64,000 nucleotides of DNA, from positions 6,046 to 70,045 of the IMG/VR virus record IMGVR_UViG_2935269657_000002; one strand, 5' to 3'. This document shows, one piece after another, positions 44,864-55,996 of this stretch. The DNA is from a virus. Its lineage: Duplodnaviria; Caudoviricetes. Each line of letters starts with the position of its first letter. The first letter of the stretch is position 1. The position numbers were made by a program, and so were the translations under genes. Under the pieces are notes generated by a model. The model searched no databases. It saw only the letters and a list, made by a program, of their open reading frames with translations, and was not told the origin of the DNA.

Positions 44864-47800
44864 ATGCCCTCGGTCGGCTACGCAACGCTGCAGGTCATCC
44901 CGAGTGTCCGCGGGATCTCCAACGACATCCGCCGCCAGCTCGTCGGGCCTGCCGGGGACGCCGGCCAGCAGGCCGGTCAGGCGGCAGGCGGTGGTCTGCG
45001 GGACAAGCTGAAGCTCGGCGCGGCTGCCGCCGGGGCCGCGGCCGGGGCCGTCTTGGTCAAGGGCCTGACCGACGCGCTCGACCAGGCCAACATCACGTCC
45101 ACGCTGCAGGCGCAGCTGGGCACGTCGGCGAAAGTGGCCTCCCAGCAGGGCAAGCTCGCCGGGAAGCTGTACAGCTCCGGTGTCTCCGGCTCGTTCCAGG
45201 AGGCCGCGGACGCCATCAAGAGCGTGATGCAGGCGGGCCTGGCGCCGCCTGGAGCCACGACGAAACAGCTGGAGGTGCTGGCGACCAAGGCCAGCGACGT
45301 CGCGAACGTCTTCGGGCAGGACCTGGGCGGCGTCACGAACGCGGTGTCGCAGATGATGCGCACCGGCCTCGCGAAAAACTCCACCGAGGCGTTTGACGTC
45401 ATCACCAAGGGCTTCCAGGCCGGTGCCGACAAGGGCGGCGACCTGCTCGACACCGTCAACGAATACGGGACGTCCTTCCGGACCCTTGGCCTGAACGGCC
45501 GGGACGCGATGGGGCTTCTGTCGCAGGGCCTCAAGGGCGGCGCGCGCGACGCTGACCAGGTCGCGGACGCACTCAAGGAGTTCTCCCTGGTCGCGAGCCA
45601 GGGAGGCAAGGCGACAGAGGGCACGTTCAAGTCGATCGGCCTCAACGGCAAGCAGATCGTCAAGGATGTTGCGGCGGGCGGTGACAGCGCGCGGGACGCG
45701 CTGGCCAAGGTCTTGTCGACGATGCAGAAGCTGCCGAACTCGGCGGCCAAGGCCAGCGCGGTCAAGACTCTGTTCGGTGGCCCTGGTGAGGATCTCGGGG
45801 CAGCCCTGTTCTCGCTCAACCTGAACAAGGCGGGGGCCGCGCTCGGGACGTTCGATGGTGCCGCGGACAAGGTGGGCAAGACCATCCGATCCGGCCCGTC
45901 GCACGAGATCGAAGTCTTCACCCGCACCCTCAAGCAGGGATTCGTCGACTTCATCGGCGGCCAGGTGCTGCCGGTCGTCTCCACGCTTGCGCACGGCTTC
46001 AACACGTACCTGCTGCCGCCCCTGCGCGTCACCGCGTCGGTGGTCGCGGCGGTGCTCATCCCTGCCCTGGCCGCGGTCTGGCAGGCCGGTGGTGCGGTCG
46101 TGTCGTGGCTGCAGGACATGGGCACCTGGCTGATCCCGATCGGGATCGCGGTGGGCGGCCTGACGTTGGCGATGACCGCCAACGCGATCGCCACCGGTGC
46201 GGTCACTGCGGTGTTCGCCGTGTACCGGGCGGCGATGATCGTGGGTACAGCCGTCACGAACGGCATGGCTGCGGCGCAGGGCTTCTTGAACCTGGTGATG
46301 CGTGCCAATCCGATCATTCTGGTCGTCACGGCGGTCCTTGCGCTCGGCGCTGCCCTGGTTGTCGCCTACCAGCGCTCAGAGACGTTCCGCGGCATCGTGC
46401 AGGGAGCCTGGGCGGGTATCCAGACCGCTGCGTCGGTCGCCTGGAACTCGGTCATCAAGCCCGCCCTGGCCGGTTTCATGACCGGGCTGCGCGCGGTGGG
46501 CACCGCCGTGATGTGGCTGTGGACGACCATCCTGCAGCCCGCGCTCTCCGGCATCGGCACCGCCGCGAAGATCCTTGCGGTGGTCATCGTCGTGGCCGTG
46601 GTCGCGCCGATCGTCGCCGCCCTGAAGGTCTTCGGCGCGATCGGCGGATGGCTGTGGAAGACGGCCATCGGACCGGCGTTCCGGGGGATTGGCGCACTGG
46701 GCAAGTGGCTGTGGTTCAACGTCCTGGCACCCGCGTTTGCCGCTGCCCGTGTGGGCTTCCGGGCGCTCGGCCAGGCCGGACTGTGGCTGTGGCGCAACGC
46801 GCTCGGTCCGGCGTTCCGGGGGAGCGTTGCGGTCGGTCGGCTGTTCGCGTCCGGCGTGAAGGCCTCCCTCGGCCTGGTCCGCTCGTACATCCTCGGCCCG
46901 CTCGCATCGGGGTTCCGCTACCTGCGAGACAACGTCGTGAAGCCCGTAATGTCCGGCATCCGCTCGACGATCTCCACCGTCGTCAATGCAGGGATCAAGC
47001 CGGTGTTCAACGCGCTGAAGTCGGCGACGGGACAGGTGGTGAAGTCTTTCATCGCGGCAAAGAACGGGATCAAGGCAGCCTGGGACAAGGTGAAGGGCAT
47101 CGCCAAGGCGCCCGTCGCATTCGTAATCAAAACGGTCTACAACGGTGGCATCGTCCCGGTCTGGAACAAGGTCGCCTCCGCGTTCGGCGCCCCCGAGCTC
47201 GACAAGATCAAGGGATGGGCGACCGGCGGGCCGGTCTTCGGTGCCGGCACCGAGACCTCGGACGACGTTCCGGCCTGGCTGTCGAGGAACGAGCACGTAT
47301 GGACCGCGAAGGAGGTCCGCGGCGCGGGCGGGCACGGCGCGGTCATGGCGATGCGCAAGTGGGCCGCAGCCGGCGGCACCGGCGCCCTGCCCGGCTTCAA
47401 GGACGGCGGCGGCCTGTTCGGCTGGATCGGGTCGGCGGCCTCCACCGCCAAGGGCTGGGGCTCCGCCGCCTGGGACAAGGTGAAGGAGGGGGCGAGCTGG
47501 CTGAAGGACACCCTGGCGGGGAGCGTCCGCGCCGGCGTCAACGCCGTCGTCAAGCCGCTCATCAAGCGGATCCCGGGGCTGGACAACGCGTTCGGCAGGG
47601 CCATCGCGAACCTGCCGAACAAGATGATCGACGCCCTGTTCGGGTACGCCGACAAGGCCGACAAGAAGGGCGCCTCGGACTCGTCCTTCGGGGGCGGGAA
47701 AATCCCCAAGGGCCAGCACAAGGCGATCATCACGCGCGCGCTGAAAGCGGCGGGCGTGCCGCCTCCCGGCTCGCTCGGACAGTGGCTGTCCGGCCTCAAC

Positions 47801-49213
47801 ACGCTCATCACGCGCGAATCCGGCTGGAACGCATCGGCGATCAACCGCACCGACTCCAACGCCAAGGCCGGACACCCCTCGCAGGGGCTGGCCCAGACGA
47901 TCCCGGGAACCTTCAACGCCTACGTGCCCAAGTCGCTGCGCAGCCGCGGCATCTTGGACCCGGTCGCCAACGTCGCCGCGGCCATCCGCTACATCGTGGC
48001 CAACTACGGCAACATCACCAAAGTGCAGCAGGCCAACGCCAACGCCTCCCCCAAGGGGTACGCCGGCGGCGGGCACCCGCGGGCGGGTGAGCTGGCCTGG
48101 GTCGGCGAGAAGGGCCCGGAACTGGTGCGGTTCGGGGCCGGCGGGGCCACGGTGTGGGACGCGCACACCTCCCAGGAGCTGGCCGCCGGACTGATGCTGC
48201 GCGGTTTCGCCAAGGGCACCAGCGGTGCCCGGGCGCGGGCAGCCGCACGCAAGGACATCCCCGGCGATCTGGCCGGAGCGTCCAAGGCCCTGACCGCGTC
48301 GGCGGCCGACATCAAGAAGGCCTTCGACGAGCTGACCAAGGACCTGCGGGCCGCAGGCGGGGCCGGCAAGACGCTGGCCGCGTCGTCGGCCAAGGCCTCC
48401 GCCAAGCTGCAGGCACTGGCCAAGCAGCGGGACTCCGTGGCCCAGCGGCTGGCAGATGCCAAGCAGGCCGCATCCGACCAGAAGAAGGCCGCCGCCGACT
48501 TCTTCAGCCTGTCCAACCTCGGCACACCGGACTCGGTCGCCGACCTGGTCGCCCAGCTGCGCAACCGCCAGGGCACGGTGAAGAACTTCCAGTCCGTCAT
48601 CGCGTCGCTGTCGAAGAAGGGCCTGGACCAGTCGCTGATCCAGCAGCTGGTCGCCCAGGGGCCCGACAGCGCGCTGGCCGGCCTGCTGGCGGGCGCCAGC
48701 ACCAGTCAGATCGGCCAGCTCAATGCCCTGGCCAAGACCGGGGCCAGCCTGTCCACCAGCTTCGGCCGCACCATGGCCGACGCCATGTACGACGCCGGAA
48801 AGAACGCCTCCAAGGGCTTCCTCACCGGTCTGCAGTCGCAGGACAAGGAGTTGCAGGCAGCGATGAACAAGCTGGGCTCCGGACTGGTCAGGGCCATCAA
48901 GAAGGCCCTGAAGATCAAATCTCCGTCGCGGGTGACGATGCCGCTGGGTGCCTCCACCGGGCAGGGCTTCGCCATCGGACTGGACTCCACCGCCGCCCAG
49001 GTCGCCTCCGCGGCAGCCCGCGTCTCCGACGCCGCGCTGCCCGCAGTGGCTGCGCCGCGCCCGGCCGCCACGGGCCCGGCAGGACTGCAGCCCGGGAACA
49101 AGGTCCGCCTGGTCGTCCGGGACCGGGAGTTCGACGCCTTCCTTGAGGAGGTGGCCGATGACCGGGTCGCCGCCGGGCTGGATCAGGTTCGCCGCGCCTA
49201 CAGCCGCCGGTAG
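44864..49213 (+). CDS. Tape measure protein with lytic transglycosylase (SLT) domain
   Basis: 1449 aa, Ala/Gly-rich with aromatic periodicity; RESGWN..A.N..D.N, GLAQTI..TF. Confidence 0.93.
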   Translation: MPSVGYATLQVIPSVRGISNDIRRQLVGPAGDAGQQAGQAAGGGLRDKLKLGAAAAGAAAGAVLVKGLTDALDQANITSTLQAQLGTSAKVASQQGKLAGKLYSSGVSGSFQEAADAIKSVMQAGLAPPGATTKQLEVLATKASDVANVFGQDLGGVTNAVSQMMRTGLAKNSTEAFDVITKGFQAGADKGGDLLDTVNEYGTSFRTLGLNGRDAMGLLSQGLKGGARDADQVADALKEFSLVASQGGKATEGTFKSIGLNGKQIVKDVAAGGDSARDALAKVLSTMQKLPNSAAKASAVKTLFGGPGEDLGAALFSLNLNKAGAALGTFDGAADKVGKTIRSGPSHEIEVFTRTLKQGFVDFIGGQVLPVVSTLAHGFNTYLLPPLRVTASVVAAVLIPALAAVWQAGGAVVSWLQDMGTWLIPIGIAVGGLTLAMTANAIATGAVTAVFAVYRAAMIVGTAVTNGMAAAQGFLNLVMRANPIILVVTAVLALGAALVVAYQRSETFRGIVQGAWAGIQTAASVAWNSVIKPALAGFMTGLRAVGTAVMWLWTTILQPALSGIGTAAKILAVVIVVAVVAPIVAALKVFGAIGGWLWKTAIGPAFRGIGALGKWLWFNVLAPAFAAARVGFRALGQAGLWLWRNALGPAFRGSVAVGRLFASGVKASLGLVRSYILGPLASGFRYLRDNVVKPVMSGIRSTISTVVNAGIKPVFNALKSATGQVVKSFIAAKNGIKAAWDKVKGIAKAPVAFVIKTVYNGGIVPVWNKVASAFGAPELDKIKGWATGGPVFGAGTETSDDVPAWLSRNEHVWTAKEVRGAGGHGAVMAMRKWAAAGGTGALPGFKDGGGLFGWIGSAASTAKGWGSAAWDKVKEGASWLKDTLAGSVRAGVNAVVKPLIKRIPGLDNAFGRAIANLPNKMIDALFGYADKADKKGASDSSFGGGKIPKGQHKAIITRALKAAGVPPPGSLGQWLSGLNTLITRESGWNASAINRTDSNAKAGHPSQGLAQTIPGTFNAYVPKSLRSRGILDPVANVAAAIRYIVANYGNITKVQQANANASPKGYAGGGHPRAGELAWVGEKGPELVRFGAGGATVWDAHTSQELAAGLMLRGFAKGTSGARARAAARKDIPGDLAGASKALTASAADIKKAFDELTKDLRAAGGAGKTLAASSAKASAKLQALAKQRDSVAQRLADAKQAASDQKKAAADFFSLSNLGTPDSVADLVAQLRNRQGTVKNFQSVIASLSKKGLDQSLIQQLVAQGPDSALAGLLAGASTSQIGQLNALAKTGASLSTSFGRTMADAMYDAGKNASKGFLTGLQSQDKELQAAMNKLGSGLVRAIKKALKIKSPSRVTMPLGASTGQGFAIGLDSTAAQVASAAARVSDAALPAVAAPRPAATGPAGLQPGNKVRLVVRDREFDAFLEEVADDRVAAGLDQVRRAYSRR

Positions 49214-49225
49214 AGGAGGACCGTC

Positions 49226-50104
49226 ATGCCGATGATCGTCAACCTGTCGGCGCCCGTGGTGGCCCTGCCCAGTCCGGCAGTCAGCGTCGATGGGTGGCTG
49301 ACCGCCACCCTCGATCCCGCCTATGCGGGGGTCGTGCTGGACGTCAACTACACGGCCGACACCCCGCTGCCCGGTGCGGCCAACGTGCGCAGGGCCCGCA
49401 TCAGCCGCCTCGACACCGGGTCATCCGCAGCCGTCCCGGTCCGCTCCGCCGACCCGGCCTGGACCATCGGCGGCATCGGCGTCGCCTACGACCACGAGGC
49501 CCCCTTGGGGGCCGCCGTGGCCTACCAGGTGGTGCCCGAGTACGCCGACGGAAGCCTCGGCCCCACTTCTCAGGTGGCGGTGACCCTGGCCGACCCCGAG
49601 GCGCCGCTCGACGTGTGGATCAAGTCCCTGGACATGCCCGGCATGTCCGCGCTGGTCACCGTCACCGCCTGGCCTCAACTGCAGTGGGCCGAACGCATCG
49701 ACCGCGCCGACGTCCTCGGCAGCCGCTACCCGGCCACCGTTCAGGACGTGTACGGGGCGGCCACCGGTGACATCGCCCTGGATGCCGAGGGCGATGCCAT
49801 CGAGACCCTCCGCACGCTGCTCACCACCCCGGGCGTGCGGCTCCTGCAGACCCGCTCGGACTACCACCGCCCCGACCTGTACGCAGTGTTCTCCCAACCG
49901 GCCGAGAGCATCGACGCCGCCCCCACCGGGGCGCGCACCTTCACAGCCCAGGTCACCGAAGTCGAACGCCCCGACACGGCGGGCCAGCCGCTGCGCATGC
50001 CCGGCTGGTCCTATGACACCGTCGCCGACACCTACGCCAGCTACGCCGCTGTCGAGGCCGCCTACAGTACCTACGCCTCGCTGGCCACCAACGGGGTCGC
50101 CTGA
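49226..50104 (+). CDS. Distal/minor tail protein
   Basis: Position; YDHEAPLG. Confidence 0.7.
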   Translation: MPMIVNLSAPVVALPSPAVSVDGWLTATLDPAYAGVVLDVNYTADTPLPGAANVRRARISRLDTGSSAAVPVRSADPAWTIGGIGVAYDHEAPLGAAVAYQVVPEYADGSLGPTSQVAVTLADPEAPLDVWIKSLDMPGMSALVTVTAWPQLQWAERIDRADVLGSRYPATVQDVYGAATGDIALDAEGDAIETLRTLLTTPGVRLLQTRSDYHRPDLYAVFSQPAESIDAAPTGARTFTAQVTEVERPDTAGQPLRMPGWSYDTVADTYASYAAVEAAYSTYASLATNGVA

Positions 50105-51267
50105 TGCTGCCCACTACAGCGCAGGTGCTGGCCGCGCTGCCGCAGGCACTGCGGCGGCCCTGCTGGGCGGAATGGAGCAACGACGGCGGCCTGACCTGGA
50201 CGCGCTGCGACCTGGTGGCCGGATCTGCCTCCATCACCGCCGACCGCACCGCCGACGTGCGCTACACCGCATCCGCCGAGCTGTCCGGCGTCACCGACGG
50301 CCGCAACGGCATCAACGTGGTCTCCACCAACATCCGTCTGTGGCAGGGCGTGCAGATGCCGCGCACCGCACCCATCTGGTTCGCGGCCGGCCGGTACACC
50401 GTCACCCGCGGCAAGCGCACCAAGACCGGCAGCCTGCAGGTCGAACTCGACGGCCTGGAAGACGAGCTGCGCGCCGCGACCTTCCCCACGGCGCGCACCG
50501 TCGGCCCCGGCCGGGCCGGTGACTTGGTGGACACCCTCGTCGCCGAGGCCCTGCCGGGCATCCCGGTGGCCTGGCGCCCGGGCGTGGACGCCGACCTGCA
50601 GGTGCCGCAGATCGTGGCGTCCGAGGACCGGTGGGCCGTGCTGTCCAAGGGCACCGACTCCACCGGCACGGACACCGGCATTGCGGCAGCCCTGGCCGGG
50701 GAGATCTGGGTGGATGCGCGCGGCGTCGTCACGCTGGGGCCGGTGCCGACCCTGGAGGATCCGGTGGTGTGGCGGATCGCCCGCGGTGCGGGTGGCGCTC
50801 TGGTGGAACCGCAGGCGGAGCAGAGCAGTGAGGGCCTGGCCAACGTGTGGTGTGTAACCGGAGACGGCGGGGACGGCGCGCCCGCCATCGGCCCGGCCTT
50901 CGCCTGGGACGATGAGCCCGCCAGCCTCACCTACGCGGGCCCGGACCCGGTCAACGACCCACTCGCCCCGCAGCGTGAGGGACTGTACGGGGTGCGGCTG
51001 CGCGTCCAGCGCCACTCCTCCGCACTGATCACCACGTTCAACCAGGCCGCCGATGTGGCCCGCGCCAAGCTCGCCGACAGCCTTGGCGTGAAGGCCTCCC
51101 TGTCACTGACCGCGGTGTGCAATCCCGCACTGGAGCCCGGCGACCTCGTCGAGGTCGAAGTGGACGGCGGCGTCTGGGAGAAACACATCATCGACTCCTT
51201 GTCGTACACGCTCGGCGCCGCCTCCATGACCTGCTCCACCCGCACCACCACCCGGAGGCTGACGTGA
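50104..51267 (+). CDS. Minor tail/baseplate hub protein (DUF5047-like)
   Basis: Position; NPALEPGDLVEV. Confidence 0.75.
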   Translation: MLPTTAQVLAALPQALRRPCWAEWSNDGGLTWTRCDLVAGSASITADRTADVRYTASAELSGVTDGRNGINVVSTNIRLWQGVQMPRTAPIWFAAGRYTVTRGKRTKTGSLQVELDGLEDELRAATFPTARTVGPGRAGDLVDTLVAEALPGIPVAWRPGVDADLQVPQIVASEDRWAVLSKGTDSTGTDTGIAAALAGEIWVDARGVVTLGPVPTLEDPVVWRIARGAGGALVEPQAEQSSEGLANVWCVTGDGGDGAPAIGPAFAWDDEPASLTYAGPDPVNDPLAPQREGLYGVRLRVQRHSSALITTFNQAADVARAKLADSLGVKASLSLTAVCNPALEPGDLVEVEVDGGVWEKHIIDSLSYTLGAASMTCSTRTTTRRLT

Positions 51268-52193
51268 GCAATCCCGCCGATCTGCTGGGCGGCCTTCTCG
51301 CCCAGACCGGGCAGCGCGCCACCGATGTTCTCTCCGCGCAGGTCGCCGACGTCACCGCATCCGGGCGCGTCAACCTCTTCCTCGGCAACGGCGACCTCCT
51401 GCTGGAGGTGGCCTGCCCGGACTCCTACCGCAACCGTGCCGCGGGCGACTGGGTGGCGGTCCGCATGTCCAGCGTGCCGGTGGTGCTGTGGCGGCTGGGC
51501 CAGGACCCCGGCGAAGCCGATGAGACCCGGGCCCAGGAACTGGCCGAGCAGGTCGCATACGACCTGCAGGCCGTCCGGGCCGCCACCTACGGCACCGGCG
51601 CCCCGGCAGGATCGGGCTGGCAGCAGGCCTCCGAAATCCACGTCCGCAAGGTCGACGGCAAGCTGGAGCTGTACTTCAAGGTCGCCTCCACCACGGACCC
51701 CTCACCGTCCACGCCCGGCGCCCGCGCCCCCAAGGCCGTCACCGTCCCCGCTTCGGACACGGGCTCGTGGCGTGGGGGCCGCCCGGACGAGTACCACTCC
51801 ACCCCGACCCAGGGCGACTGGACGGGGAGAGGCAACCTGCGAGGGGCCTGGTTCTACGGCTCCGCCATCCAGAACGCCTGCTCTGGCAAGACCGTCGCTT
51901 CCATGAAGGTCGCCTTCGCACGCAGGAGCGGGTCCGGCGCGAACGCGAAACGGCCGCTGCACCTGTACCTCCACGACCACGGCTCGGCGCCGTCCGGCCA
52001 GCTCGACCTCGACGACGGGCCCGAAGAGTTGCTCTCCCTGTCGGCGGGGGCCGCAGGCAGCGCCAGCCTGTCCTCCTCCTGGCGCTCTCAGCTGGCCTCC
52101 GGCGCCGCCAAAGGGCTGGCCATCTACGCGCAGGGCTCCCGCGACTACATGGCCGTCACCGGCGGCAAGATCACAATCTCGTTCTCTGCCTGA
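51264..52193 (+). CDS. Minor tail protein
   Basis: OB-like N-terminus; QGDW....RGAWFYG. Confidence 0.7.
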   Translation: MSNPADLLGGLLAQTGQRATDVLSAQVADVTASGRVNLFLGNGDLLLEVACPDSYRNRAAGDWVAVRMSSVPVVLWRLGQDPGEADETRAQELAEQVAYDLQAVRAATYGTGAPAGSGWQQASEIHVRKVDGKLELYFKVASTTDPSPSTPGARAPKAVTVPASDTGSWRGGRPDEYHSTPTQGDWTGRGNLRGAWFYGSAIQNACSGKTVASMKVAFARRSGSGANAKRPLHLYLHDHGSAPSGQLDLDDGPEELLSLSAGAAGSASLSSSWRSQLASGAAKGLAIYAQGSRDYMAVTGGKITISFSA

Positions 52194-52204
52194 GGGAGAC
52201 CGCC

Positions 52205-52828
52205 TTGCCCACCATCGGATACGAGGAACTCCCCGTCCCCGCGGGGGGTAACGGCCCCGACGTTCCTGCCGACATCGCCGCCCTGGCCACAGCCATCGAC
52301 CCGCGCCTCGTGCACGATGTCACCGACCTCGCCGACCGCAACTCCCGCTTCTCCACCGCCCCCCAGCACACACTGTGCGTGGCCGGCGACGGCACCACGT
52401 GGGTCAAGACCGCCTCCGGCTCCAACACCTGGGCCACCCTGTGGGAGCCCCTGCCGGCCTGGCAGGCGGTCACACCGCTGTCCGGGTACGAGGCCGGCAC
52501 CTACCCGCTGCAGGCCCGAAAAGTCGGCAGCCAGGTGTGGCTGCGCGGCCGGATCCAGCGCACCGACGGGCAGGTAATCCCCAACAACGGGGTCGCCATC
52601 GCCACCGTCCCCACCGCCTGCATCCCCCAGGTGCAGATCGGCTCCTACGCGGCGAACTCCTCACTGGCCGGGGATGTCGTCATCGGCGTCGGGAAACTGG
52701 AGATCCTGGACGTCAACACCGCCTCCAGCCTGGGCGATCCGGGCACGGTTCTGTGGTGGTCTCAGGACGGCGCCACCGCGGGCGGCACCCCGTGGGTGAA
52801 CATCTCCGGCTCCTACTGGACCGACTGA
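52205..52828 (+). CDS. Minor tail/fibre protein
   Basis: TTG start with RBS; VWLRGRI, IATVP..C.P. Confidence 0.65.
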   Translation: MPTIGYEELPVPAGGNGPDVPADIAALATAIDPRLVHDVTDLADRNSRFSTAPQHTLCVAGDGTTWVKTASGSNTWATLWEPLPAWQAVTPLSGYEAGTYPLQARKVGSQVWLRGRIQRTDGQVIPNNGVAIATVPTACIPQVQIGSYAANSSLAGDVVIGVGKLEILDVNTASSLGDPGTVLWWSQDGATAGGTPWVNISGSYWTD

Positions 52829-52840
52829 GGGGGCTAGCCT

Positions 52841-55414
52841 GTGGCGCTCTACACCTTCGGCGGCACTCCTGCCGACGTGCTCACCGACTTCGCCGGCAAT
52901 GTCATCCCCAACTACCTGGTCCTCGTCTACCGGGCCGGGACCAACGAGCTCGTCACGGCCCTGTTCGAAGCCGACGGCGCCACCCCGATCTCCGAACTGC
53001 GCACCAACGCCAGCGGCAGTGCCACCCCGGGCGCAATTCGCACCTTCAAGACCGAAGGCGTGACCGCCATCGAGTACCAGTACAACGGGCCCGGCGGGGT
53101 GCCGGTGCGCTGGTACCAGGCCGCACGGGAACTTGCTCAGGAAGCCGTCGGTGGCGCGGCCGACGCCCTGTCCAAGAGTGCGGGCGGCACCGTCACCGCC
53201 CCGGTCACCATGGGCGACGGACTGGCGGTCGAAGAAGGCCTGACCGTCACCGGGGGAATCACCGCCGACGGCGCCGCCATCACCGGCGAACTGACGGTGA
53301 CGGGCACATTCACCCCGTCCAGCCTGCAGCTGTCTGGGATGCGGATCTACAACCCACGCGTCTACGGCGCTGCGGGGAATGGCACCGGAAACGACGCCAC
53401 CGGCATCCAGGCGGCCCTGAATGCCGCCCGCACGGCAGGCGGCGGCTGGGTCCTGGTGCCCTCCGGCACATACATGATCGGTGCCACACTGAGGATCTAC
53501 TCCAACACGCGTCTCACCCTGATGCCCGGGGTCGAATTCCGGCGCAATGTCGCCGCCACCATGCTCCTCAACGGCGACGCCGACCAGAACCTGAGTGGCT
53601 ACAACGGCCAGTCCAACATCCTCATCGAGGGTGGCCTGTGGAACATGCGCGGCACCACCGCCGGGCTCACCGCGAGCGCGATGTGCATCTCCATCGGGCA
53701 CGCCGCGCGCATCACTATCCAGGACATCGAAGTCCGCGATCTGCCCGGCTACCACGCCATCGAGCTGAACAGCACCCGTACCGGCAGGATCATCGACTGC
53801 CGGTTCCGCGGCTACGTCGACCCCGGCGGCCGTGATTTCTCCGAGGCTGTCCAGATCGACCTCGCCAAAAGCGCCGGTGTCTTCGGCGGATTCGGGCCCT
53901 ACGACCACGCGGTCTGCGAGGACATCGAGGTCCGCGGCTGCTACTTCGCCGGCTCCGCCACTGCGGGAACCGTGGCCTGGCCGCGCGGTGTCGGCTCCCA
54001 CTCCGCCACCATCGGCACCCGACACTCCAGTATCCGCATCCTCGGCAACACCTTCGAGGACGCGGCTCAGTACGCCATCGGCGGCTACAACTGGCAGGAT
54101 GTCGTCGTCGACAACAACACGATCAACAGTTGTGGTGCCGGAGTCCGCATGCGCACCGTCGACACCGCCGACACCGAGGACACCAAGAACACGTCCGGCA
54201 CACAGACATCCGCCTCGCAGGCTATGCGGAACATCGCAATCACCGACAACGTCATCTCCGGCACGACCGGGTACGACGACTGCATCATCGTGCGCGGCGA
54301 GGCCACCGGCCGGGTCATCGACGTCACGATCGACGGCAACATCCTCGACGGCAACAGCAGCGGCGGCGAGAACGGCATCCGTATCGAGTACGCCGACGAC
54401 TACGCCCTGGGAGACAACGTAGTCCGTGACACCGCGGGCACCGGTATCAGCCAGGAGCAGACCACCGGCGGAGTCCTCACCGGCAACAGAGTCAGGGGCA
54501 CCACCGGCTCCGGAATCGCGTGCACCTCCTGCTCCGAGATCGAGATCGCAGACAACAACCTGCGGGAGCTCGGCGTCAACGGAGTCCACGTCCTCGGCGG
54601 CACGGATGTGACGATCGCCAAGAACTACATCAAGGGCGCCAGCCGCGCGGCAGCCGGGTCGTGGGGCATCCGGGCCTCGACGTCCTCCGACGGGCTGCTC
54701 ATCACGGGCAACAAGGTCCGCAAGTACGGGTCCGGCAACGAGGTCGCCAACGGCATCGGCATCACCAACACCTGCACGAACGTGCGCCGCTACGGCAACG
54801 ACCTCGGCGACACCGGCATCGATGACCAGTCCACCGGGCCTGAGACGAGCCCGTTCGACACGCAGGGCAACCTGGAAGATCTGATGCGGCCCGCAGGCCG
54901 GTACGAGACGACGTCCAGGCTGCGGGCCGGGGCCACCACCACCGCCATGGTGTCCGGCACCCTGTACCTGGTACCGATCTGGCTGCCAAAGGGGCTGGTC
55001 GTCTCCAACATCAGCTTCATGAACGGGGCCACCGCCGCCGGCACGCCGACGAACTGGTGGTTCACCCTGCACGACCGCAGCCGGGTAGCTCTGGCGCGCA
55101 CGGCCGACCAGACGACCGCGGCGTGGGCCGCCAACACCGTCAAGACCCTTGCCGTCGCGCAGACGACAGCGGGCAGCGCGACGACGTACACGACCACGTA
55201 TGCCGGGCTGCACTACCTCGGCGTCATGGTCAAGGCGACCACGCTGCCCAACCTCGTTGGCGAAGGGTCCATGGCCACCGGCTCTGGCAGCAGCCCTGGC
55301 TTCGGCGACACCAGCACCGGCCAGACCACACCGCCGACCGTCACGGGCGGCGCGTTCACCGCTGCAGCGTTCGGCGGCAACGTCGGCCTCCTCGCCTACG
55401 GCTACGTCTCCTAG
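52841..55414 (+). CDS. Tail spike / depolymerase with right-handed beta-helix (pectate lyase-like)
   Basis: YGAAGNG..DA..IQAALNA, VPSGTY, repeated I.GN/GI motifs. Confidence 0.85.
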   Translation: MALYTFGGTPADVLTDFAGNVIPNYLVLVYRAGTNELVTALFEADGATPISELRTNASGSATPGAIRTFKTEGVTAIEYQYNGPGGVPVRWYQAARELAQEAVGGAADALSKSAGGTVTAPVTMGDGLAVEEGLTVTGGITADGAAITGELTVTGTFTPSSLQLSGMRIYNPRVYGAAGNGTGNDATGIQAALNAARTAGGGWVLVPSGTYMIGATLRIYSNTRLTLMPGVEFRRNVAATMLLNGDADQNLSGYNGQSNILIEGGLWNMRGTTAGLTASAMCISIGHAARITIQDIEVRDLPGYHAIELNSTRTGRIIDCRFRGYVDPGGRDFSEAVQIDLAKSAGVFGGFGPYDHAVCEDIEVRGCYFAGSATAGTVAWPRGVGSHSATIGTRHSSIRILGNTFEDAAQYAIGGYNWQDVVVDNNTINSCGAGVRMRTVDTADTEDTKNTSGTQTSASQAMRNIAITDNVISGTTGYDDCIIVRGEATGRVIDVTIDGNILDGNSSGGENGIRIEYADDYALGDNVVRDTAGTGISQEQTTGGVLTGNRVRGTTGSGIACTSCSEIEIADNNLRELGVNGVHVLGGTDVTIAKNYIKGASRAAAGSWGIRASTSSDGLLITGNKVRKYGSGNEVANGIGITNTCTNVRRYGNDLGDTGIDDQSTGPETSPFDTQGNLEDLMRPAGRYETTSRLRAGATTTAMVSGTLYLVPIWLPKGLVVSNISFMNGATAAGTPTNWWFTLHDRSRVALARTADQTTAAWAANTVKTLAVAQTTAGSATTYTTTYAGLHYLGVMVKATTLPNLVGEGSMATGSGSSPGFGDTSTGQTTPPTVTGGAFTAAAFGGNVGLLAYGYVS

Positions 55415-55475
55415 TCGCGCCCCGGCGCCAAAGCTCTCCCAACTGCCAGGACAGCACGGTGAGGAGACCCGCCCA

Positions 55476-55949
55476 ATGACCGTCCTCGTGTGCTCGCTGA
55501 AGACCGACACTCCTCAGTCCATTCCCAGCGGCGCCTACGCCGTGGTCCGCTTCCCCTACACCGACGAGCCCTACGACGTGCACGGCATGCACGCCAAGAT
55601 CGACCCGCTCGGCTACGAGGTCCGGGACTGGCAGCGCGACGACCGCTCAGGGCTGATCTGGCCGAGCGCGGATGGCTGGGGCTCGCTGACCTCGCTCATC
55701 TACTGGGAGGCCGGCGACTATGACGAGCTGCGTGACCGGTACGTGCGTGACCCGCTCGACCTGACGACCGGCGCCGACTCGACGGCCACCGAGCACCGGC
55801 CGCCCTCCCCGGGCATGCAGTGCTTCCACAAGTGCCACGAGATGTTCGTGCGCACGGACACCCCGATCGCGCTGCTCGTCGCACACGACGCACCCCGCAC
55901 GGCGCGGATCACGCTGGCGGAGTTCAAGCTCGCCATCCACCCCGCCTGA
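55476..55949 (+). CDS. Hypothetical tail-region protein
   Basis: GAGGAG RBS. Confidence 0.65.
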   Translation: MTVLVCSLKTDTPQSIPSGAYAVVRFPYTDEPYDVHGMHAKIDPLGYEVRDWQRDDRSGLIWPSADGWGSLTSLIYWEAGDYDELRDRYVRDPLDLTTGADSTATEHRPPSPGMQCFHKCHEMFVRTDTPIALLVAHDAPRTARITLAEFKLAIHPA

Positions 55950-55996
55950 CCTCGCACCATCCGCCAGCCCCGTGCCGCACGGCCGGGGCTTTCGTC

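Noticed and set aside
52661-55510. 949-aa minus-strand ORF, and similar long antisense ORFs (25049-26995, 46376-48166, 31569-33182)
   Set aside because: Shadow frames of high-GC genes on the plus strand, with no recognisable motifs
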